Part shown: positions 55,400-64,000 of the stretch, in pieces
Layout of the letters: each line of letters begins with the position of its first letter
Position numbering within the stretch: position 1 is the first letter of the stretch
From: Azolla caroliniana
Taxonomy: Eukaryota > Plantae > Polypodiophyta
DNA: 64,000 bases
Direction: 5' to 3'
NCBI GenBank assembly: GCA_043228905.1
Contig: JBHGNT010000003.1
Coordinates: 25,606,001 to 25,670,000, forward strand
Notes under the pieces: generated by a model
What the model was told of the DNA's origin: nothing
Database searches by the model: none
Seen by the model: only the letters and a program-made list of their open reading frames with translations
Made by a program: the position numbers and the translations under genes

Positions 55400-58300
55400 A
55401 GAGAATGGTTGTAGTTGGCTTTGTCTTCCCAAAAATGTTTTGCGTTGTTGGGAGTTGAGTCGTGGGAACTACAATCTGTAATGTTATGTGACATATGCAA
55501 TAGACACCGGCCATTGGAAATGGCAAGTCAATAGGTTTGTGGAAGAACTCATTGCCTTCTATTGAATATATTGCTCTAATGATGTCTAATGGGAATAGTG
55601 GTGAAACCTTATTAGAACATTTTTACTATCAAGGAAATGCACTCCGGCCACTTGTAGGAAGTGTGGACAAAAAAATGAGCCCCTTATGCATTCACTCTAG
55701 ATTTGTCCACACACGATATTGTTGTTGTCGTGAGATATACACATCATCAATGGTTGCAAATTCAATATTCATATGAGAAGTTTTTCTAGTTAATTGACTT
55801 TTTACCATGAAAATGTGCTTATTCAAATATTCGTGCTTAAAATGTGTTTTTCAAATTCACTTTTCCTTACCCGACATTTTAAACAAGTCAAATAAGCGCA
55901 TTACATCTAATGATGAAGCAATGTTATTGGTAGGTGAAATAATTAAGGCTGTACATTTGAATAGAAACACGAAAAATAATTTAATAACCCATGATATAGA
56001 ATTGGTCAATGTGACATGCACCAACACAAAACATCAATGCATTTCAAGAAATAGGATTGCCTCACTTCACTCTACTCTAGTTGTTTGCGTTAATAAAAAA
56101 TATCTCGCAAAGGTTGGATTATCAAGTGCAACAATGTAAAAAACGTTGCAATTAATTATAGGATGTAGTGAAATCATAACCCCTACACTATATATGTGAG
56201 TGAAAAAAAACATGTTTAAGGATTGTGGCAATTATATGACAATGGTTGCATGGATTAGATTGATTGTAACCATTGGATGATTGTTTCTCTAGACAACAAA
56301 AACATTTGACAAAGGGAACGTAAAGTAGTTCCATGAGTCATTATTTATAGATGTGGATTAATGCATGACAAATGTATCAAACTAAATCACTTTAAAGATG
56401 TGCATTTTTATTTATTTATTTTTCCAAAAAAAACTCCTTCCATTAGTTATAAAATTTTACAAATGAGACGATTATGTACAAATCCCTGTAGGGATGCAAT
56501 AGTTCCATCTTATGTGGATGCCCACTGACTCAAGAAAGGGAGAGGACGACCATTGTTGAATGAAGGCTATTCGTTGTCTTTCAGCTCCATCGGAGCCGCC
56601 CTTGAGGCCATCATATTAGCTCTTTAGAGTGACTACAATCTCACTCCATATCTCTTGCAATAACTTTGTTTGATGTGCGGTTTGGTTGGAGAAGACCCGT
56701 CTACACCATTGTTTCCATAGAATCCAAAGAGTTATTGGGCTGACCAATTCCAACACAACTTGAGATTTGTCATTAAGAGGAGTTGAGTGGACATTACCGT
56801 TGGTGGAGAAAAAAACCTCTTGTGCTTTTATCACCAAAGTCATCCCCTCCTCCTGATGCTCGTATCTGCCAACTGGGGTCTGCCATGATAGCCAACATAT
56901 ATTTCCCCACTTGATTGAGCCTTGCACCTGGCATAATTGCAACAAGCAGCCAACGCCCTGCCATATTCGATGGGACATTGGGCAGTCCCACAAAGCGTGT
57001 CGTATTGAATCTATTGCATTTGGGCACTCTACACAATTAGGAGAGCTAAGGTTCCCACATTGCCATGCTCCCACCGGTAGGGACTTATGTATTAATAGCC
57101 ATTAGAACGTGGTAATTCGCCTTGCGTGTTGTTGTTTCTAGATTTTCTGCCAAAACTTGGTGATGATTGTGGGAGGAACTTGAAATGTGTGCCAGACCTT
57201 CGCACCTGTCGGCTCTCAGGCGGTTTGAGCAGTTAGAATGTGGCGACCCAATCTAGTTATGAATTGGAAGAAAGGGATGGGTTTGCTTCCTTGCCCCGTG
57301 TAAGGATCACGCCATGTCCATTGCAAAGGGGGTCCCAACTGACCTTACGTAGCCATGTGTTTTCATGAGTACATATGTGCCAATCGGGTCGTACTTTGAT
57401 CGGATCAAGATCTACAATCCATTTATGACCAGTATACGCGAGTACTTGAATTGCGTTATTCTATGTTGGTGTCTTAGTGTCTTGCAATTCAGAGCCTTCG
57501 ATCCTGTCTGGTGTTCCCCTACCTCTCAGGATCAAAGATCCCTCCTCCTAGTGGCCTATCCATTTCTCCATTGTTGTCCTTTGAGTAACAGTTTCCCTAA
57601 TCAGTAGAGCATTAATGATTTCCGATAAAGATGTGCATTTTGTTTTACTAAAATAAGCTTTTACAAATATGTTTTTGGAGGTAATTATATCAATACGAAC
57701 ATGATTGGCATGACAAGTTTCTCATCCTCAAAACAAGGGTTTACAAACAAATTTTCAAACCTAGGCTTCTCAAAGCAATAGATTCGTTTTCATCTCTACG
57801 TAGATAGGTTTCTCTAATACACAATAAAACTTAGGAGTATACTAGCTAAGGGCATTAGACTTTAGGTAGCCTTAATAAGTGATCGTGCACATGAATGTTC
57901 TATGTTCAAGCACATGTGTCAATTTCAATTTATTTCCTCTTCTCTTGGTGAATTCTCGAGACTCGCTACTTAACTCCAAACATTACATGTAAATGTTCTG
58001 TTTTTTCTCCCATTGTCCTATTCGACATCCAAGAAGGATATTGAAATCTATCTATCTATCTCTCTTAAAATCACTAAAAGTTGGTAACATATATGAATGG
58101 TGTGTATTCAAATGGCCATCAACCAATTCTATGACTTCATTGCCATGAGAAGAAACATTGCCTCAATTTTCGTGATTTTATCCTTCAAAATAAACAATAC
58201 ATCAATTCGTAAAAAGTAAGAGATTGCTATATTTTAGAAGCATCACAACATTTGTGCACCATTTATCACACAAGTACTACATATCGCAAACATGAAATGT

Positions 58301-58950
58301 GATGCAATGTCATCACAAAAACGATTGTTGTACCAAAATGTAGAGTTTAATAACATAATACTTACTAACAATTCATGCGAATTACATCAAATCATCCCCA
58401 AGTGACAACGGAACTATCTATGAGTTTGAGACTATGGGCACTTCATAAATTTATCTACCTCATGAGAGCATATATGTCAGCTTGTTGATGCTGCCCATGA
58501 GGAATATGGATTCAATCTAGCTTCTATGTAATGTATTTTAGTTTTTAACACATGAAGCACATGCGTCTTTGATTCAAAGCCTCGCCAATTACTTATAAGG
58601 TAGGTGGAAGGTGGAATACCACGCTTTTGGAATTCTACTCGTCGGTATGAAGCACAATGCATTTAATTTAAACAATTTAAGAATTACATGTTTAGCAGAT
58701 CTGGTTGACAATAACACGTGATAAACCCCTCTAATGAGACAATAACAACAAGTAGAGGGTGTGTTTTTGGAATTTTCAGTCATTCACAACATTATCATTC
58801 GAAAAGTTGATAGGCGACATATAAACTCATTTGACACAAATCCACCAGGCTTGTGGACTTTAGAAAGAGTAATGACATATTTGGCAAAGTATGGGCATGC
58901 ATGACGTGGAAATCAAACGGGATAGTTGCACCTTTTTCTTCACTCAACCC
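55400..58950 (-). mobile_element. Highly decayed Helitron Rep/helicase remnant (boundaries uncertain), interrupted by a LINE
   Basis: RVEFQKRGIP at about 58640-58610 continues as H-F-H-L if one base is restored, matching the Helitron HUH motif EFQxRGxPHxH. Weaker signs downstream: a RYV..YL relic (about 58270-58290), PIF1-like GTTLRSL (56332-56312) and FQWPVSIAY (about 55490-55520). Confidence 0.5.
56409..57625 (-). mobile_element. 5'-truncated non-LTR retrotransposon (L1-like LINE) with 16-bp TSD
   Basis: TAAAGATGTGCATTTT is repeated at 56393-56408 and 57626-57641. The minus strand encodes a zf-RVT-like region (CVECPNAIDSIRHALWDCP...W, LWILWKQWCRRVF). The 3' end is an (AAAT)n/A-rich tail. 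Confidence 0.9.
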
Positions 58951-61900
58951 CATATGTTGCAAAATTAAGTGTAGCATATTTGGTGGATGTGATTGGTGAT
59001 GTCTAATAAATGCCTCATGATGGAGTACAAGCATGAACAAATGATGCGCTTTTGAAGTTCTCACTTTATACATTCAATGACTTAGGATAATCGAGTAATA
59101 ATTTGGTTGTTCCCCTTTGGCAGTTGGTGGATCAAATATAGTGGCAAAGATGTTGGAATAGTGCAAAAGTTGTAGTGTGTGCTGTCTAGAGATGCCCTAT
59201 TTTAAGAAAAGATAGTGTAAGACACCTAACTTGGAAATCTCATTCAACCCCATGAAGCATACCTTAGCACTATACATAATGCAAAAATAAAAGAGGTAGA
59301 TGTGATTGGTTACCTATAATAAAGACCCTATGAAGAGTATTGACACAAAGAATCAAACCATATAAATATATGTCTATGTGTGTTTACACTTTATACATTA
59401 ATTGATGGAGGTCAAGCAAGAATGTAGATGGCCCCTCTTTGGGCAGGTATCAATATAAATACACCGGTTGGTGTGACAGTCTATCTGTAATATTTCTAGA
59501 AATTAATAACCACAACACATCATGTATCCATAAATGATGCCTAAAAAACAAAACTATGGTATGTGTATCATCCAAAGTCATAGTTTCGCACAATTTCAAT
59601 TAAGAAATCCCTTCTAGGGTTGAGATTTGTATTTTTTGTAAAATAACTGGTAACATAATATTGTCATCGATGTTGGGTATGTGATACTTTGATTCACACA
59701 CGATATGCCATGCATCGTTAATTGCAAATTCTTGACCTTTTTAATGCCCATTCCACATCCAAAACACTCTCTAGTGGATCCATGACCATAGAAATATATA
59801 AGTACTTTCCATGTTGAAATATAGGCTTTACAATTAGCTCGCAAAGCGGGCTTATTAAACGTTTCATAGCCTCTCTACAGAGACAATGCTAATGATATTA
59901 TACTTTGTTTAACAATATGGAAGTATGTGTGGAGACAAATTGCGCTCGCCGTCATAACCAAAACAAGTTACTAAGAGTGATGCATTTATATAACTAATGT
60001 TAGAGGCTTTAAACATTCTCGTCTAACAAGTTACATTGTATATATTATCAACATATGAACATGACAATGTTGTGAACCTTGTGATAGAGAATTTGAGGGG
60101 TTATAGCTCAATGATAAAAAAATCTTCACATTTTTTGTTTGAGATCATGCACACATGTAGTTTAGTGTTGCAAGCATAGTTACGTATCACTTAACATAAC
60201 CAAACCATCAACTGCCTTAAGGTCAAGGCAACTCGCTCAATTGCATATAATCAAATAAATCAACAATTCGCAAATCGACCACAATTAAAAGCTACTTGAG
60301 TTATGATTTATCAATTGTGTATTGTCTTTTGTAAGTGAAATGTTCATTAGAAACATCAATCAATGCTATGCAACATTCAAGTGATAAATACCGCAATCCC
60401 CATGACACTAATGTAATTCCATATTCCTAGGATCAATGTAGGTGTGTAAATATCAAACTTTGTAATTGAGCACATGTTCATGTTAAAGTAGCATGCTAGA
60501 TCCAACATTTTCCAAAGCCAGTTATACATTACATATACGAGATGATAAGAGGCATCAAGGAAAATATCGTTTCAACTAATTTTGGCTCATTGTCTATTTC
60601 CAAGGTTCCATTACAATCGATTACTACTTGGGGGGAGTTCTCCATTTAATGTTAAAAGGGTATTGTTAGATATATTTGTTTGTTCTTTCGTACAAAAAGG
60701 AATGCCCCCGATAAAGGTTGATGCCTTGATAGTAAAAGCCTCGCCTTATAATCTACCAAATATTTTATTCTAGGCTTTGTTCAAGATCATCGCGTGAAAA
60801 AAACTACATGTTAATATCTTGAAAATAAAATGACTCCCCTTATACAATGCAAACAATTTCATGTCTCACTCACATTGATTACCATGTACCTAAAGATAAT
60901 CATTGCACACTCAACATGTTGGTAATCTTTTTGGATAGGTATTTCACAATAAACTCAAGTTTGTAAATTTGTTTTCTGGTATGTTGAAAGCATGTGGCAA
61001 CATGGGAGAATTGGTAGTACATACCGAAATGAAATTAGATTTTGAGATGGATCTCAGTTAAATGAAGGATCCATGGCTAGCCATTGTCTTACACAAGACG
61101 GGCTTGGGAAGGATAGCCGTTTCTTTTCCATCTATTTTATAGTTTGTGGCTGATATGCCATTTTTAAAACTAATGGAAGGATGTTTTGTTTTGAAAAATA
61201 AATAAATTTGTAAATTTGTTTTTGCAGTACTATGTTTTACAATTACCGAATGCATGAGTATTAAGGACAATACATTTATTGTGTGGGGTGTGAATATGAT
61301 AACAATAGATTTAACTTAACCTCAAACATAGAAGTCAATGACAAATAATATAAACATTGCCAATGTGCCATCAAACCCATAACATTAACCCACACCACAC
61401 TATAGTGTGCCTATTTTGCGTAGAGCCGTCGTGCCAGAGTGACAATCACTTGATGAATGAATAATAACAAACATTTATGTATGATATGCTCGTGAAATGT
61501 TCCACCAATTAAAAATGTGTTGTGTTAAGAGGGTCATACTCTTGTTGAGTGCCATTCCCACGAATTCATGCACTAAAGGGCGCCCATCCCAGTGCATGAA
61601 GACATAACATTCCATTTTCTTATTATACCATTGAATCCACAAATAAAGATTGGTAAACCTGAAATATGGCAATTGGTAAGTAGTAACAAAAATTGGTATG
61701 TTTAGAAGGCTGAACGTTGGAAGCTATTACAAAATGTTACTGAAACGCTTGACTATATAATTGTTAAGACTTGGATAGAGATTGTGCATAACCTCAAATC
61801 TTCTTTGGATAACATAAAAAGTATTATACAACAAGCAAATTTACAATGATTTGAGTTTCATGCCATATAGGACAAAGGAAAATTTTATAGCAGGATTTTA

Positions 61901-63064
61901 GACAAGGTTGAGTAGTTATGCCCTACATCGAAGTATTTATTTAAGGTGCCACTTAGAACTTACCATGGAGGTCATTACCTATATGTACAATGTTAGGGCG
62001 TTTCTTAATACTAATGCAATATCTTTCTTGGCAAAAAAGAAGAAGTCATTGTTTATTGATTACTTGCAATGCACATAATGGTAAAATAAATACCACATTT
62101 GGTTTATGTCCCAACCGTTTTGTCTATAATACATGTGTAACATCTAAAATATGCAGTTTGGAATGCTTAAGTTGTTGTCTTAAAAATGAATATGAGGGTA
62201 ATGTTCTCTTGTTGGCCTACATATTGCTAAACATCCAATATGTTGAGACATATTTAGCCAAGAAGTACGCCAAGAGTTAAGTACTTGGCCAGGGGCCTGA
62301 GTGAAAAACATGGGGGCATTTGAATAAATATGTATAGAAAAATCCTTGAGTATCCCAATGTATGCAAAACACCCTTTAGCTTTGCTGAAATATTTACTAG
62401 AATAACTTCATTTTTTGAACCTAGTGGAGCACGGTGCACCCTTAACTTCACCAAAAAAAGTTACCTGAATGAGTAGTCTTTGGTTTGGCCAAACTTAGCA
62501 GAACACCCATACGCATTACGAAAATAGTTATCAAAGTACCCCTAAGATTCCCAAACTTATGAGATCATCATTGAGTTTCTCAATCCTCAGAGGTTAGGGA
62601 TATTTTGTGAAAAAACAGTACAAAAAGATGTTTGGCAAAATATCTTTTGAGTTCCCAAACTTCTGCCCTTGCGATTTGGCCAAACATTATCAAGAATACT
62701 CACGAGTCTCCAAAACTTACAGAAACACCCTCAAGTTACACTCACATTGTTTTTGGTCGAGATATTTGGCAGAGTATCATCATATTTACTAGAATACCCA
62801 CCCAGCCTTCAGCTTCTTCATGCAAAGAACACAAAAGGGCATTGACCAACAAAATACACTCGAGTCTCCGGAACATTCCGAAAAACCTTTGAGTTTCACT
62901 CACATATTTCTAGTCGAAATATTTACTAGAGTACCCTCATGATACAAAGAAACACAAAAAGGGTATTTTGTGAAATAGCCTAAACCTACACACACAGGGA
63001 GAGGTTTTTATGTATGAGGTATATTCATTCATCTGTTCTTCTTTCTTTGAAAACCCCTGTCATC

Positions 63065-63226
63065 ATGGAAACATCGACAATAAGGACACCTGGAGAGGTA
63101 CTTGGGCGAGCTTCAGAGTATATCGCTGGCCATGGAACCTATGCTTGGAATAACAAAATCTATGCATCTGTCGTGGGCACCGAGAAAATCTCTCATCCTT
63201 CCTCAGCATCGTCCTCTGAAGACAAG
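63065..63226 (+). CDS. CSL4: Exosome complex component CSL4 (EXOSC1), first coding exon; gene continues beyond the window
   Basis: METSTIRTPGEVLGRASEYIAGHGTYAWNNKIYASVVG matches the Csl4 N-terminal motif (TPGExLG...AGxGxY...IYAS..G). Donor AAG/GTAAAC. Confidence 0.85.
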
Positions 63227-63569
63227 GTAAACAAACAAACGCTTCAAATATGGTTTTTCCTTCGATTTTAGATTGCTATTTTTCTTTGGAAGAATTAAAG
63301 AAGAAGTCCCAAGGACCCCTGAGTTTTTCTTGAATGCCCCATCCATATCTCCTGAAGGGAATTAATCAAGGATATAATCGGTTAAATAGCACATAGAACT
63401 GAGATAAAAGGAGAGGAATTACCCCATTTTATAGCCCAAATAGCTCATGTAATTTCCCTATAGGAGGCATTTTGTGGAAATAACATGAACATGTGGGCAT
63501 TGGGGAAATCAGAGAAAATGCAGGGTTCTTTAGGGGGTTTTCCCCATTCTTATCGCTGTCATTATTTTT

Positions 63570-63962
63570 GAGGAAAACACCATAAATACCCTACTTTTGT
63601 TGAATATTCACCAGAACAACCTTTAAATCTCAAAATTCACCAGAATATACTCCTTTGGATAGAAATTCTTATATAGAAGATTATTCTATTAAGGGGAGCT
63701 CATACATATGGTGGCAGATGGGCTAGTGCTCTAATGCTATATTCATAGAAATTCCTGTGTCAGCTGTCTATTGAGTCATGGGTAAATAACAAATGTTGTA
63801 TCATGGCTAGTATTTGATATCGACTATGTACAATGCATCTTGCTAATCAGATCCTGTACAACGTTCTACAAGTACAGAGGGGTATTTTGGTAATTTTTGG
63901 AATTTTAGAGGCATTCTGTTGAACACCCAAAATGTGAGGGGTATTTTACGGAGTTTTGGACC
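63570..63962. mobile_element. Degenerate MITE-like inverted-repeat element in CSL4 intron 1
   Basis: Left arm AAAACACCATAAATACCCT...AAAATTCACCAGAATATACTCCT pairs imperfectly with right arm GAGGGGTATTTTGGTAATTTT...GAGGGGTATTTTACGGAGTTTT. TTATTTT lies on both flanks. Confidence 0.5.
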
Positions 63963-64000
63963 TTATTTTCATGTTTTTTCTTTTCAACTATTTCTTTCAT

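Overview
This is eukaryotic nuclear DNA from a land plant. The AT-rich introns, microsatellites and PLS-type PPR remnant suggest a fern or other non-seed plant, but that is inference only. It is not prokaryotic, so most ORF-track entries are exon fragments or noise. I reconstructed exon structures by hand from splice sites and reading-frame continuity. Protein genes: 5' part of zeta-carotene desaturase (ZDS, -), an F-box/WD40 gene (-), an intronless fructokinase (+), GPI ethanolamine-phosphate transferase 1 (PIGN/MCD4, -), proteasome lid subunit RPN12 (+), galactinol synthase (+), RIN2/AMFR-type RING-CUE E3 ligase (-), and the first exon of exosome subunit CSL4 (+). Features missing from the ORF track: two U5 snRNA genes in a convergent inverted duplication, each with USE and TATA at an unusually short spacing; a Mutator-like MITE with a 9-bp TSD; a 5'-truncated LINE with a 16-bp TSD inside a probable decayed Helitron; a PPR pseudogene fragment; and many local tandem duplications. 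The most notable oddities are the U5 pair and its promoter geometry, three GC-AG introns in the RIN2 gene, and the intronless GC-rich fructokinase. I found no convincing wholly new multi-gene system.
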